Position numbers and translations under genes: made by a program. Below are positions 29,807 to 40,478 of a stretch of DNA of 41,081 nucleotides, in pieces (positions within the stretch are counted from its first letter, which is position 1; every line of letters begins with the position of its first letter). The stretch spans positions 1 through 41,081 of the forward strand of contig JANWVU010000003.1 of NCBI GenBank assembly GCA_025056465.1. Reading direction: 5' to 3'. Source of the DNA: Verrucomicrobiia bacterium (GTDB lineage: Bacteria; Verrucomicrobiota; Verrucomicrobiia; Palsa-1439). A model generated the notes under the pieces. It did not search any database, was not told where the DNA came from, and saw only the letters and a list, made by a program, of their open reading frames with translations.

Positions 29807-30100
29807 ATGACGGAGACGACACAACGACGCGAGGGACAGCGGAGGGTGCTGGTTGGTGAGGTGGTCAGCGACCGAATGCAGAAGACCATCGTCGTTGAGG
29901 TGCGTCGTCGGGTGCGGCATCCCCGCTATGAAAAGGTGATCAATAAGTTTAAGAAGTTTTACGCTCACGATGAGAAGCAGCAAGCCCGGATGGGAGATGT
30001 GGTGCGGATTGAAGAGTCGCGCCCGTTGAGTCGCCTGAAGCGTTGGCGGTTGGTGGAAATCGTCCAACGAGCCACTGCAGTGGAGAAGGTAGAGACATGA
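29807..30100 (+). CDS. rpsQ: 30S ribosomal protein S17
   Basis: [30 protein letters not shown]. Confidence 0.98.
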   Translation: MTETTQRREGQRRVLVGEVVSDRMQKTIVVEVRRRVRHPRYEKVINKFKKFYAHDEKQQARMGDVVRIEESRPLSRLKRWRLVEIVQRATAVEKVET

Positions 30101-30462
30101 TTCAAATTCGCACGCATTTGGATGTGGCGGACAACACCGGGGCGCGGGTGGCCTGGGCGATTGGGGTGTTAGGTCATCAGAAGCGATATGCGCGCATTGG
30201 CGATGTGATTAAAGCGCATATCAAGGAAGCGGCGCCCGACGGCACAGTGAAAAAAGGGGATGTGGTGACGGCGGTTGTGGTGCGGACGCGGTCGCCGTTG
30301 CGTCGGCCGGATGGGTCGTACTTGCGATTTGATAGTAATGCGGTGGTCATCATTGATGATCAGCGAAATCCCAAGGGAACGCGGATATTTGGGCCCGTAG
30401 CGAGGGAGTTGCGGGAGCGGAACTTCACGAAAATTATTTCGTTGGCGCCCGAGGTGTTGTGA
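30097..30462 (+). CDS. rplN: 50S ribosomal protein L14
   Basis: [31 protein letters not shown]. Confidence 0.99.
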   Translation: MIQIRTHLDVADNTGARVAWAIGVLGHQKRYARIGDVIKAHIKEAAPDGTVKKGDVVTAVVVRTRSPLRRPDGSYLRFDSNAVVIIDDQRNPKGTRIFGPVARELRERNFTKIISLAPEVL

Positions 30463-30737
30463 TGGCTGGTTTGCATGTCAAAAAAGGGCAGCAGGTGGTG
30501 GTCATCTCCGGCGATGAGAAGGGGAAAACCGGAACGGTGCTGCGCGTATTGCCGGACAAGCGCAAGGTGGTTGTGGAGGGTGTCAACATCATCAAGAAGG
30601 CGGTGCGCAAGTCGCGCGACAACCCAAAGGGCGGGATTATTTCGCGGGAGGCACCCATCTGGGCATCGAAGGTGATGTTGCGCGAGCGATGGGATGCGCG
30701 GAGGAAAAAACGCGGGGTCGCAACCGCGGAATCGTGA
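30462..30737 (+). CDS. rplX: 50S ribosomal protein L24 (short form)
   Basis: [21 protein letters not shown]; [10 protein letters not shown]. Confidence 0.97.
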   Translation: MAGLHVKKGQQVVVISGDEKGKTGTVLRVLPDKRKVVVEGVNIIKKAVRKSRDNPKGGIISREAPIWASKVMLRERWDARRKKRGVATAES

Positions 30738-30747
30738 GGTTTGGATT

Positions 30748-31284
30748 ATGGCGGTGCTTCTCGAACATTACCGGAAGACGGTCGTGCCCGAGTTGTTGAA
30801 ATCGGGCCGCTACCAGAATCCGATGCAGGTGCCCAAACTGGTAAAAGTGGTGGTGAACATGGGAGTGAATTCGCGTCTGGAGAAAGATGCGATTACGGAG
30901 GCTCAGAAGGAATTGGCGATCATCACGGGACAGAAGCCGGTGGTGACGCGAGCGAAGAAGAGTATCTCGAATTTTCACGTTCGGAGAGGGATGCCGGTGG
31001 GGGTGAAAGTGACGTTGCGAGGCAAGCGCATGTATGAGTTCATGGAGCGGCTGATCATGGCGGCGTTGCCGCGCATTCGGGATTTCCGGGGGGTCAGCAG
31101 TCGGGGGTTTGACGGACGGGGTAATTACACGTTGGGTGTTCGGGACCAGACAATTTTTCCGGAGGTCGAGTTGGATAAAATCAAGTACAATCTCGGGATG
31201 GATGTGACGATTGTCACAACGGCCAAGACCAATGCGGAAGCGAAAGAGTTGCTGAAGCTGTTGGGCATGCCGTTTAGCAACTGA
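30748..31284 (+). CDS. rplE: 50S ribosomal protein L5
   Basis: [28 protein letters not shown]. Confidence 0.99.
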   Translation: MAVLLEHYRKTVVPELLKSGRYQNPMQVPKLVKVVVNMGVNSRLEKDAITEAQKELAIITGQKPVVTRAKKSISNFHVRRGMPVGVKVTLRGKRMYEFMERLIMAALPRIRDFRGVSSRGFDGRGNYTLGVRDQTIFPEVELDKIKYNLGMDVTIVTTAKTNAEAKELLKLLGMPFSN

Positions 31285-31299
31285 CGGAGCGAAGGAGCG

Positions 31300-31485
31300 A
31301 TGGCGAAGGTTTGTTGGGAGGTAAAACAGCGACGCCCGCCGAAGTTTGCGGTGCGCAAGTACAATCGGTGTCAGCGATGTGGGCGGCGGCGGTCGTTTAT
31401 TCGGCGATTTCAAATTTGCCGGATTTGTTTTCGGGAGTTGGCCAACCAGGGATTGATCGTAGGCGTGGTGAAGGCGAGCTGGTGA
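31300..31485 (+). CDS. rpsZ: 30S ribosomal protein S14 type Z
   Basis: 61 aa; RCQRCGR...ICRICFRE. Confidence 0.97.
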   Translation: MAKVCWEVKQRRPPKFAVRKYNRCQRCGRRRSFIRRFQICRICFRELANQGLIVGVVKASW

Positions 31486-31489
31486 CGGT

Positions 31490-31885
31490 ATGAGCACGAC
31501 CGACCCGATTGCGGAATTTTTGACCTGCCTGCGGAATGCAAATCAGGCACTGAAGCCGGAAGTGGGTGTGCCGTATTCCCGATTGAAGGTCGAGATGGCG
31601 AAGCTGCTCAAACGAGAAGGATATATTGCCGACTATTACAAGGAGGAGAAGGACGGCAAGGCGGTGCTTCGGGTGCAGTTGAAGATCGTGGGTAAAGAGC
31701 GCGCGATTACGGGGATTCGGCGGATTAGCCGCCCGGGGCGACGGAAATACGTGAAGGCGGATGAAATTCCGCCGGTGCTCGGAGGCTTGGGAATTTCGAT
31801 TTTGACCACCTCGCGCGGGTTGATGACGGGCCACGAAGCTCGCAAAGCGCGAGTGGGTGGTGAGTTATTGGCATACGTATGGTAG
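31490..31885 (+). CDS. rpsH: 30S ribosomal protein S8
   Basis: TDPIA, ISRPGRRKY, GGELLAYVW. Confidence 0.99.
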   Translation: MSTTDPIAEFLTCLRNANQALKPEVGVPYSRLKVEMAKLLKREGYIADYYKEEKDGKAVLRVQLKIVGKERAITGIRRISRPGRRKYVKADEIPPVLGGLGISILTTSRGLMTGHEARKARVGGELLAYVW

Positions 31886-31891
31886 GCAGCC

Positions 31892-32452
31892 ATGTCGCGG
31901 ATTGGGAGAAAACCAATTGAGATCCCCCCGAAGACCAAAGTGACGGTTCAAGGGGCGGAAGTGTTGGTGGAGGGACCGAAGGGGAAATTGAAGTGGAGAG
32001 TGCCGGAACCGATTCGGGTGGCAGTGGAGGATGGGAAAGTATTGGTGAAAGCCGAGCGAACCGATCGAGATGGCAAGTCGCGATGGGGGCTGAGCCGCAG
32101 TTTGATTCAGAACATGGTCACCGGGGTCAATCAGGGATACGTAAAGAAACTCTTAATTGAAGGAGTGGGTTTTCGTGCGTCGGTGCAGGGGTCGAATCTC
32201 CAAATGACGTTGGGATTTTCGCATCCGATCGTTTTCCCGATCCCGGCAGGGGTGAAGGTGAGTGTGGCGGATACTGCGGACAAGAAACCCGAAATCACGA
32301 TCGAGGGATGCGACAAGCAACTGGTGGGGGAAGTGGCAGCGCGGATTCGAAAATTTTTCCCGGCAGAGCCGTACAAGGGCAAGGGCGTTCGGTATGTTGG
32401 CGAGCAAGTACGGCGGAAAGCCGGTAAGACGGTGGCCGGTGGAGGGAAGTAA
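31892..32452 (+). CDS. rplF: 50S ribosomal protein L6
   Basis: [25 protein letters not shown]. Confidence 0.99.
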   Translation: MSRIGRKPIEIPPKTKVTVQGAEVLVEGPKGKLKWRVPEPIRVAVEDGKVLVKAERTDRDGKSRWGLSRSLIQNMVTGVNQGYVKKLLIEGVGFRASVQGSNLQMTLGFSHPIVFPIPAGVKVSVADTADKKPEITIEGCDKQLVGEVAARIRKFFPAEPYKGKGVRYVGEQVRRKAGKTVAGGGK

Positions 32453-32454
32453 CG

Positions 32455-32805
32455 ATGCGACCTCGCACGCGAAAGGAGGGAATTGCGCGCCGTCACATGC
32501 GCTTGAGGCAAAAGATTCGGGGGACGGCCGAGCGACCGCGTATGGCGGTGTGTATGACAGGGCGGCATATCTACGTGCAGTTTGTGGATGACACGGTTGG
32601 ACGAACGTTGGCCGCTGTCAGTACGTTGGGAATAAAAGGATTGAAGCCGACGGTGGAAGGGGCGCGGCAACTGGGCTTGTTGGCGGCCCAACGGGCGAAG
32701 GAGAAAAACATCGAGACGGTCGTGTTTGATCGAGGTGGTTTTCGCTACCACGGGCGAGTGAAAGCGTTGGCCGATGCGGCGCGGGAGGCGGGACTAAAGT
32801 TTTAG
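32455..32805 (+). CDS. rplR: 50S ribosomal protein L18
   Basis: [32 protein letters not shown]. Confidence 0.99.
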   Translation: MRPRTRKEGIARRHMRLRQKIRGTAERPRMAVCMTGRHIYVQFVDDTVGRTLAAVSTLGIKGLKPTVEGARQLGLLAAQRAKEKNIETVVFDRGGFRYHGRVKALADAAREAGLKF

Positions 32806-32806
32806 T

Positions 32807-33403
32807 ATGGCGGACAAGAAACCAAAAATTGCTAAAGGGGCCACGCCGTCGGAACCGGAAGTTCCTACGCGAGCGGGTGTGGAAGAGTTGGCCATCGAGG
32901 AGGGCGTCGCTCAACCAAGCGAGCTCGTCGAGAAGACGGTGTATATCAACCGCTCAGCCAAAGTGGTCAAGGGAGGTCGGCGGTTTCATTTTAGCGCGCT
33001 GATTGTGGTAGGCGACCGGGCGGGGCGGGTTGGTTATGGTTTGGGCAAAGCAAATGAGGTGGCGGATGCAATCCGCAAAGGGACCGAGCTGGCGCGCAAA
33101 GGCATGGTTCAGGTGCACTTGAATGGCTCGACCATCCCGCACGACGTGATTGGCGAGTTCGGTGGTGCGCGGGTGTTGCTGCGGCCGGCATCGCCGGGTA
33201 CCGGGGTGATTGCCGGTGCGAGCGTGCGGTCAGTGATCGAAGCAGCGGGCATCCGTGACGTGCTGACCAAGTCGCTCGGCTCAAACAATCCGATCAACGT
33301 GGTGAAAGCAACCATGGATGCGTTGTTGCAACTGAGACCGCGAGACGAGATTTACCGGGTGCGCGGATTGGCGCGGCCGGCCGCCACGGTGGAGACGATC
33401 TGA
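32807..33403 (+). CDS. rpsE: 30S ribosomal protein S5
   Basis: [25 protein letters not shown]. Confidence 0.99.
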   Translation: MADKKPKIAKGATPSEPEVPTRAGVEELAIEEGVAQPSELVEKTVYINRSAKVVKGGRRFHFSALIVVGDRAGRVGYGLGKANEVADAIRKGTELARKGMVQVHLNGSTIPHDVIGEFGGARVLLRPASPGTGVIAGASVRSVIEAAGIRDVLTKSLGSNNPINVVKATMDALLQLRPRDEIYRVRGLARPAATVETI

Positions 33404-33404
33404 G

Positions 33405-33911
33405 ATGAGTTTGCGACTTCATAATCTTAAGCCGCGCCCCGGCGCCAAGCATCGGCGCAAGCGATTGGGGTGCGGAGAAAGCTCAGGTCATGGCAAAACA
33501 AGTGGCCGGGGCGGGAAGGGACAAACGGCACGGTCGGGGGGAACGATTCGGCTTGGTTTTGAAGGTGGCCAAATGCCCTTGTTGCGGCGCATACCGAAAC
33601 GGGGGTTTAACAATCGTGCCTTTCGCACGGAGTTCGCGGTGGTAAACGTCGAGGATCTCAACGAGTTCCCCGATGGCGCGGTGGTGACTCCGCAGGAATT
33701 GTTGGCCGCGCGGTTGATTTCGAAGCTTGAGGACGGTGTGAAGATTTTGGGTGATGGCGAACTGACACGGAGATTGACGGTGCAGGCGCAGCGATTCAGC
33801 CGATCGGCCCGAGAGAAGATTGCCAAAGCCGGTGGGCAATGCGTTGAGTTGCCGTTGCCCGGGATTCGGAGCAAACGCGCGACCGGCGCAGTTTCCGGTG
33901 CAACGTCCTAG
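33405..33911 (+). CDS. rplO: 50S ribosomal protein L15
   Basis: [22 protein letters not shown]. Confidence 0.99.
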   Translation: MSLRLHNLKPRPGAKHRRKRLGCGESSGHGKTSGRGGKGQTARSGGTIRLGFEGGQMPLLRRIPKRGFNNRAFRTEFAVVNVEDLNEFPDGAVVTPQELLAARLISKLEDGVKILGDGELTRRLTVQAQRFSRSAREKIAKAGGQCVELPLPGIRSKRATGAVSGATS

Positions 33912-33932
33912 CCGGTAGGTAATAGGGCAGGT

Positions 33933-35288
33933 ATGTTGGGCGCGTTCATCAACACGTGGAAGATTCCTGAGTTGCGGCGTCGGATTCTGTTCACGCTCGG
34001 CATCATTTGTATCGCGCGGCTGGGCGCCAACATTCCTTGTCCTGGCGTGGACGCGGCTCCGTTGCAACGATGGATCAAGGCACAGCAGGCCGAGGTGGGC
34101 GGGAGTATTTTCGGGTTGGTGGATTTGTTCACAGGCGGCGCATTACAGCAATGTGCGGTGTTTGCGTTGGGGGTGATGCCGTACATTACCGCATCCATCA
34201 TTATGATGATGTTGACAGCGGTGATACCAGCGTTGGAGCGCCTGAAGCAGGAGGGGGAGACCGGGCGGGCGAAGATCATTCAATACGGACGGTATCTCAC
34301 GATTGGTGTATGTTTTTTTCAGGGATTTTTCTTGGCGAAGGCTTTTGAGCACCCCGAGAAGTTGTTCCGTGGCTTTGATGGTGTGCTGGTGGCGAATCCG
34401 GGACTTGGATTTGAGTTGATGACGGTTTTGACGATTACGACAGGGACGATTTTGCTGATGTGGTTGGGAGAACAAATCACGGAGCGCGGGATCGGCAACG
34501 GGATTTCGTTGATCATCACCGTAGGCATTGTCCAAGGGCTGCCAAGCGCCATCGGGCAGGCGTGGTCGTTGTTTTTTCCCGGCGGGGGCGAACCGAGTCA
34601 GTTTCACCTGATTCATGCGGTTTTGTTGTTGGTGATGTTGTTGGCGGTCACCGGCGGTGTGGTGGCGATGACGGTAGCACGTCGGCGGATACCGGTTCAG
34701 TATGCGAAGCGAATGGTTGGGCGGCGGATGCTCGCGGGGCAGCAACAGTTCATGCCGTTGCCCATCAACTATGCCGGGGTGATGCCGATTATTTTTGCCC
34801 AGGCGATTCTCATGTTCCCCGCGCAATTGTTTCAGATGTCTGGGATCACGGCGCTTCAGCGCTTGGCGCGGATGTTGACCGAGGGCGAGGTGGTGTATTT
34901 GACGTTGTACGGTGCAATGATTTTGGCGTTTTCGTATTTTTGGGTGGCGATTCAATTCAATCCGCTCGAGATCGCAGACAACTTGAAACGATACGGTGGA
35001 TATATACCGGGGATCCGACCCGGTAAGCCAACGGCGGAGTATTTGAATTTCACGATGACGCGAATAACGTTGGCGGGGGCGATATTCTTGACGATCATTG
35101 CTGTGATTCCATACATTTTGTCACACAATCTGCGCGTGCCGTACCTAGCGGCGAGTTTTTTTGGCGGGACGAGCTTGTTGATCACGGTAGGTGTATTGCT
35201 CGACACGATGCGTCAAATTGAATCTCACTTGATCATGCGAAATTACGAGGGGTTTTTGCGGAAGGGACGCATTCGAGGGCGACGCTGA
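33933..35288 (+). CDS. secY: Preprotein translocase SecY
   Basis: LGVMPYITASI, WLGEQITERGIGNGISL, YIPGIRPG. Confidence 0.99.
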   Translation: MLGAFINTWKIPELRRRILFTLGIICIARLGANIPCPGVDAAPLQRWIKAQQAEVGGSIFGLVDLFTGGALQQCAVFALGVMPYITASIIMMMLTAVIPALERLKQEGETGRAKIIQYGRYLTIGVCFFQGFFLAKAFEHPEKLFRGFDGVLVANPGLGFELMTVLTITTGTILLMWLGEQITERGIGNGISLIITVGIVQGLPSAIGQAWSLFFPGGGEPSQFHLIHAVLLLVMLLAVTGGVVAMTVARRRIPVQYAKRMVGRRMLAGQQQFMPLPINYAGVMPIIFAQAILMFPAQLFQMSGITALQRLARMLTEGEVVYLTLYGAMILAFSYFWVAIQFNPLEIADNLKRYGGYIPGIRPGKPTAEYLNFTMTRITLAGAIFLTIIAVIPYILSHNLRVPYLAASFFGGTSLLITVGVLLDTMRQIESHLIMRNYEGFLRKGRIRGRR

Positions 35289-35324
35289 CGGTGCAGTTGT
35301 GCGAACAGGTTTTGAAACGGTTCC

Positions 35325-35354
35325 TTGACAAGGCTGTGAACAGGTTCATAACTT
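35325..35354 (+). promoter_or_regulatory. Internal promoter upstream of map
   Basis: Perfect TTGACA (35325-35330), 18 bp spacer, TAACTT. Confidence 0.55.
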
Positions 35355-35386
35355 ACCCGCCCGTTTTGGCGGGCCGGTAGGTTTGA

Positions 35387-36163
35387 ATGATCGTCATCAA
35401 AACAGCGAAGGAAATTGAGGGGATGCGCCGTGCATGCACGGCGGCGGCCGAAGTGTTGCGCGCCGTGGCGGCGATGGTGCAACCAGGAATAACGACAGGG
35501 GAGTTGGACGCGGCGGCGGCGGAGTTGATTCGGGAGCAGGGCGGCAAAAGTCCATTTCTGGGGTATAAAGGGTTTCCATGTCACACGTGCATTTCAGTGA
35601 ACGAAGAAGTGGTGCACGGCGTGGCGGGGCGACGTCGGATCCAGTATGGCGATGTGGTAAGCATCGATGTGGGGATCATTGTTGACGGGTTTGTGGGTGA
35701 CAATGCGACCACAGTGCCGGTGGGTGTGGTGGACCCGCGTACGCAAGAGTTATTAGAGGTGGGGCAAGCCGCGTTGCGAGCCGGGATTGCGGCGGCGCGC
35801 GCGGGCAATCGCGTGGGAGCAATTTCACACGCGATTCAGACCGTGGTGGAATCTCACGGGTTCTCAGTGGTGCGTGAGTTTGTTGGCCATGGGGTTGGCC
35901 GGCAAATGCACGAGGACCCGCAAATACCGAATTTTGGGCGCCCAAATGAGGGCGCGAAGCTGCGTCCTGGTATGACGTTGGCGATTGAGCCGATGATCAA
36001 CCGGGGCGGTAGCGCGGTTCAGATGTTGGCTGATGGGTGGACGGTGGTCACGGCCGACGGCGAGCCGAGCGTACATTTTGAGCACACGATTTTGGTAACG
36101 AACGGAGAAGCGGAAATACTGACGTGCCCAAAGAAGAGCCTATTCGAGTCGAAGGTACGGTAG
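35387..36163 (+). CDS. map: Methionine aminopeptidase type I
   Basis: [33 protein letters not shown]. Confidence 0.98.
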   Translation: MIVIKTAKEIEGMRRACTAAAEVLRAVAAMVQPGITTGELDAAAAELIREQGGKSPFLGYKGFPCHTCISVNEEVVHGVAGRRRIQYGDVVSIDVGIIVDGFVGDNATTVPVGVVDPRTQELLEVGQAALRAGIAAARAGNRVGAISHAIQTVVESHGFSVVREFVGHGVGRQMHEDPQIPNFGRPNEGAKLRPGMTLAIEPMINRGGSAVQMLADGWTVVTADGEPSVHFEHTILVTNGEAEILTCPKKSLFESKVR

Positions 36164-36363
36164 TGGAGTTGCTGCCGAATACGATGTTTCGGGTGGAGCT
36201 GCCCAATAAGCATCGGATTCTGGCGCATATATCCGGTAAAATGCGGCTGAATTTCATTCGGCTGGTGCCGGGTGACAAAGTCACGGTGGAGATGAGCCCG
36301 TATGACATGAGCAAGGGGCGTATCATCTATCGCGATAAAGATGAGACAAAAACATCCTCATGA
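36124..36363 (+). CDS. infA: Translation initiation factor IF-1
   Basis: [35 protein letters not shown]; GTG start inside map. Confidence 0.96.
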   Translation: MPKEEPIRVEGTVVELLPNTMFRVELPNKHRILAHISGKMRLNFIRLVPGDKVTVEMSPYDMSKGRIIYRDKDETKTSS

Positions 36364-36473
36364 AAGTCAGACCATCTGTAAAACGGTTGTGTGAGCGCTG
36401 CCGGGTCGTGCGGCGCAAAGGTGTGGTGCGCGTGATTTGCACGAATCCGCGCCACAAACAACGACAAGGTTGA
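36360..36473 (+). CDS. rpmJ: 50S ribosomal protein L36 (Zn type)
   Basis: [37 protein letters not shown]; below the ORF-track length cut-off. Confidence 0.97.
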   Translation: MKVRPSVKRLCERCRVVRRKGVVRVICTNPRHKQRQG

Positions 36474-36482
36474 GGAGAAACC

Positions 36483-36881
36483 ATGGCGCGCATCATCGGG
36501 GTAGAGATACCGAACGACAAAAAGATCGGAATCGCTTTGCGATATATTTACGGGATTGGGCCGACTTTGGCGTTGGAGGTGTGCGAGAAGGCGCAAGTGA
36601 GTCCCGACATTCGCACGAAGGACCTGACGGATGAGCAGTTGTCGCACCTCACGACCGCGTTGCAAGGTTACCGGATTGAAGGCGATTTGCGTCGGGAAGT
36701 GCAGCAAAACATCAAACGCAAAATGAGTATCAACTGCTACCAGGGCATCCGTCACAAGCGCGGCCTCCCGGTGCGCGGCCAGCGAACCTCGACCAATGCA
36801 CGCACTCGCAAAGGTCCGCGCAAGACGGTGGGCGTGCAGCGCTCGAAGGAAGCGAAAGCCGCTGCCAAGGAGAAGCAATGA
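36483..36881 (+). CDS. rpsM: 30S ribosomal protein S13
   Basis: [24 protein letters not shown]. Confidence 0.99.
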   Translation: MARIIGVEIPNDKKIGIALRYIYGIGPTLALEVCEKAQVSPDIRTKDLTDEQLSHLTTALQGYRIEGDLRREVQQNIKRKMSINCYQGIRHKRGLPVRGQRTSTNARTRKGPRKTVGVQRSKEAKAAAKEKQ

Positions 36882-36889
36882 GGTGATCC

Positions 36890-37462
<573 letters not shown>

Positions 37463-37481
37463 GCGAAGCGAGGGAATTACC

Positions 37482-38090
37482 ATGGCACGATATACTGGAC
37501 CGAGAACACGGTTGAGTCGGCGCTTGGGTGTGCCGTTGTTCGGCCCCAACAAGTATCTGGAGCGACGCAGCTATCCGCCCGGAGTTCATGGGCCTAAATC
37601 GCGACGCAAGCTCAGCGACTATGCGTTGGGTTTGGCCGAGAAACAAAAATTGCGGTTTCAGTACGGGTTGATGGAGCGTCAGTTTCGGCGGATGTACGAG
37701 ATGGCGCTCAAACAACGCGGTGTAACCGGCGAGACGTTGCTGCAGCTTTTGGAACGGCGCCTCGACAACGTAGTGTACCGGCTCGGTTTTGCCACTACGC
37801 GCGCCGCCGCGCGCCAAATGGTCTCGCATGGTCACGTTTTGGTGAATGGACGTAAGGTGAATGTGCCATCGTTTCAGGTGAAGGTGGGTGACATCATTGA
37901 GATCAAAAATCATGCGCGTTCCCAAAACATGGCGCGCACCAGCTTGGAATCGGCTCAGGTGAGGATGGCACCGGAATGGTTGGCGCTGGACCGTGACAAT
38001 TTGCGCGGGCAGGTGTCCCGGTTGCCCACGATGGACGATATTCAGCCCATCGTGAACCCGCAGCTCATTGTGGAATTTTATTCTAGATAA
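37482..38090 (+). CDS. rpsD: 30S ribosomal protein S4
   Basis: MARYTGP, LERRLDNVVYRLG, IVEFYSR. Confidence 0.99.
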   Translation: MARYTGPRTRLSRRLGVPLFGPNKYLERRSYPPGVHGPKSRRKLSDYALGLAEKQKLRFQYGLMERQFRRMYEMALKQRGVTGETLLQLLERRLDNVVYRLGFATTRAAARQMVSHGHVLVNGRKVNVPSFQVKVGDIIEIKNHARSQNMARTSLESAQVRMAPEWLALDRDNLRGQVSRLPTMDDIQPIVNPQLIVEFYSR

Positions 38091-38165
38091 ATTAGGTCAG
38101 AGTCAACACGAGTTGTTGGTCCGCGTTTCTAGGGCGCGGGGAACCCAACTCAGAAGGAGGTCGGT

Positions 38166-39206
38166 ATGCCAGTTCGGATGGGACGGTTTGAAATGCCGAA
38201 GCAGTTGGTCCGCAAGGACGCGACTGCGACGCCTACTTACGCCCAATTCATCGCAGAACCGTTGGAGGCTGGGTATGGTCACACCATCGGGAACTCTCTG
38301 CGACGGGTGTTGCTTAGCTCACTTGAGGGAGCGGCGATCACGTCGGTTAAGATCGAGGGTGTGCCCCACGAGTTTACCGCGATGCCGGGTGTGGTCGAGG
38401 ATGTTCCCGACATCATTTTGAATTTAAAAAAGGTGTTGTTCAAATCCCACACCCGCGATCCGCACACGGTGCGCATCTCCGTCAACAAAGAAGGTCCGGT
38501 CACGGCGGCGGACATCCAGACCGATCAAGTCGTGGAGGTCATCAATCCCGAACAACACATCTGCACGCTCGATAAAAAAATGTCGTTCCAAGCAGAGTTG
38601 GAGGTGCGGGTCGGGCGGGGATTCGCTTCGTGGGAGGACAACAAACGACCGGACCAGCCAATTGGGGTAATTCCGATTGACTCGATCTTTTCGCCGGTGC
38701 GGCGGGTCAAATACGCCGTCGAGGCAACGCGCGTCGGGCAACGCACTGACTACGATCGGTTGGTACTCGACGTTTGGACTGATGGTCGCCTGACCCCAGA
38801 TGACGCACTTGTGCAGGCGGCCAATATTCTTCAGCAACACATCCAAGTCTTCTGCAATTACAACCCGAACATCAAAGTGGAGTTTGAAAAACGCGAGCAG
38901 ACCATCAGCGCGGAACAACAACGGCTCAAGAAGATTCTCAACATGAGTGTTAATGAGATCGAATTGAGCGTGCGGGCCGCCAACTGCTTGAACAATGCGA
39001 ACATTACGACCGTCGGTCAGTTGGCGATGAAGACCGAACAGGAGATGCTCAAGTACCGTAACTTCGGCAAGAAGTCGTTGCAGGAAATCAAAGACAAACT
39101 GGCGGCGCTTGGTTTGTCGCTGGGGATGAAATTCGACCCCTCCTTGCTCGATGGGACGCCGGGCAGCGGGGCTGCGACGGCTGCGACCACGCAGGAGAAC
39201 CGGTAG
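38166..39206 (+). CDS. rpoA: RNA polymerase alpha subunit
   Basis: GHTIGNSLRRVLLSS, ELSVRAANCL, NFGKKSL. Confidence 0.99.
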   Translation: MPVRMGRFEMPKQLVRKDATATPTYAQFIAEPLEAGYGHTIGNSLRRVLLSSLEGAAITSVKIEGVPHEFTAMPGVVEDVPDIILNLKKVLFKSHTRDPHTVRISVNKEGPVTAADIQTDQVVEVINPEQHICTLDKKMSFQAELEVRVGRGFASWEDNKRPDQPIGVIPIDSIFSPVRRVKYAVEATRVGQRTDYDRLVLDVWTDGRLTPDDALVQAANILQQHIQVFCNYNPNIKVEFEKREQTISAEQQRLKKILNMSVNEIELSVRAANCLNNANITTVGQLAMKTEQEMLKYRNFGKKSLQEIKDKLAALGLSLGMKFDPSLLDGTPGSGAATAATTQENR

Positions 39207-39241
39207 GCCGACCAACACATCACACAGCGGGGAGCTTGATT

Positions 39242-39658
39242 ATGCGCCATCGAAAACGAACCGTGAAGTTGGGGATGAAATCGCAGCACCGCCGTGCCGT
39301 GCTGGCGAACCTCGTCTGTAGTTTGATTACGCACCGCCAAATCACCACCACGGTGGCGCGCGCTAAGGAGGTTCGTCGCTGGGCCGACAAGATGGTGACG
39401 CTGGCCAAGGCCGGTAGCTTGCACGACCGGCGACAGGCGTTGGCGTTTCTGCGCCAGAAAAATGCCGTGAAAAAACTTTTCGCGGAGATTGCTCCGCAGC
39501 ACTCCGACCGTCGCGGGGGTTACACGCGTATCATTCGTGTGGGACGCCGCAACGGTGATGCGGCGGAAATGGCAATCATCGAGTGGACCGGTACGGCTGC
39601 GCCAACTTCGGCGCCGCCTCCCGCCGGCACGAGCGCTGAGAAGTCAAAAACGTCGTAA
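39242..39658 (+). CDS. rplQ: 50S ribosomal protein L17
   Basis: MRHRK, ITTTVARAKE, GGYTRII, GDAAEMA. Confidence 0.98.
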   Translation: MRHRKRTVKLGMKSQHRRAVLANLVCSLITHRQITTTVARAKEVRRWADKMVTLAKAGSLHDRRQALAFLRQKNAVKKLFAEIAPQHSDRRGGYTRIIRVGRRNGDAAEMAIIEWTGTAAPTSAPPPAGTSAEKSKTS

Positions 39659-39800
39659 ACTTGTCTGGCTGACCAAGGCGCTCGTGGGCCGGCAAGCTCT
39701 GGTTTCGATGGCGCCGCTTGCTGTAGGAGTGGAATTGCGGTTTGCTTGGCCGGCATCTTGATCGTCAGGCGGCGGGACCAAAAGGGGCAGGGCACGTGCG

Positions 39801-40478
39801 TCAAGGGCTAAAACGGCGAATGACCACCTCGGCAACATCCAGCCGTTCGGGTTGGAGCAAGAGGAATCGAACCCACTCCGCGATGTCGGACGGTTGAATC
39901 AGCGGTTGGCCGGCAAGCCGGGCGCCCAGTTCGGTGCCTTTGATTAGATCGGTTGCTACGCCACCGGGACAAAGCACGTGTACATGGACGCCAAACGGCC
40001 GGCATTCCACGGCTACAGTGCGCGCAAATCCCAACAAGGCATGCTTGCTGGCCACGTAAGCTGCTTGATGCCGGTAAGCTTGCACGGAGGCGGTGCTGGC
40101 GATGAAGAGAATTCGTCCGGATTGTCGAGTCGTCATGGCGGGAAGGAAAGCCCGCGTGATCAAGAACGGCGCGGTGACATTTACTCGTTGGACTCGCTCC
40201 CAGTCCGCCAAATTGGTTTCGCCGATTGGCCGTTCGTGAAAGATACCGGCATTGTGAATGAGGATGTCGGGAGCCGGCAATTTGCCGAGGATTTGTTCCA
40301 GTTCCGCCAGGTCGGCGAGGTCGCAAGATTGATGGAAGTCATTCAGCGGGGGAGGGGGTGGTGTGCGAGAGAGCAATGTCAGACGAACGCCCTCGCGGTG
40401 CAGCATCTGGGCGATGGCGAGACCGATACCGCGGCTCGCGCCAGTGACCAGTGCGGTTTGTCCCGCTAACTCGCTCAC
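39801..40478 (-). CDS. Short-chain dehydrogenase/reductase
   Basis: TGASRGIG, HNAG, YVASK, LCPGGVAT. Confidence 0.93.
   Translation of the reverse strand: MSELAGQTALVTGASRGIGLAIAQMLHREGVRLTLLSRTPPPPPLNDFHQSCDLADLAELEQILGKLPAPDILIHNAGIFHERPIGETNLADWERVQRVNVTAPFLITRAFLPAMTTRQSGRILFIASTASVQAYRHQAAYVASKHALLGFARTVAVECRPFGVHVHVLCPGGVATDLIKGTELGARLAGQPLIQPSDIAEWVRFLLLQPERLDVAEVVIRRFSP

Noticed and set aside
38094-38106. aggtcagagtcaa resembling the boundary motif
   Set aside because: Short, lacks the GGGG end and any inverted partner; chance match likely.
39659-39800. Terminator between convergent rplQ and the SDR gene
   Set aside because: Only a loose long-range gccggcaagc/gcttggccggc pairing; no compact stem with a U-tract.
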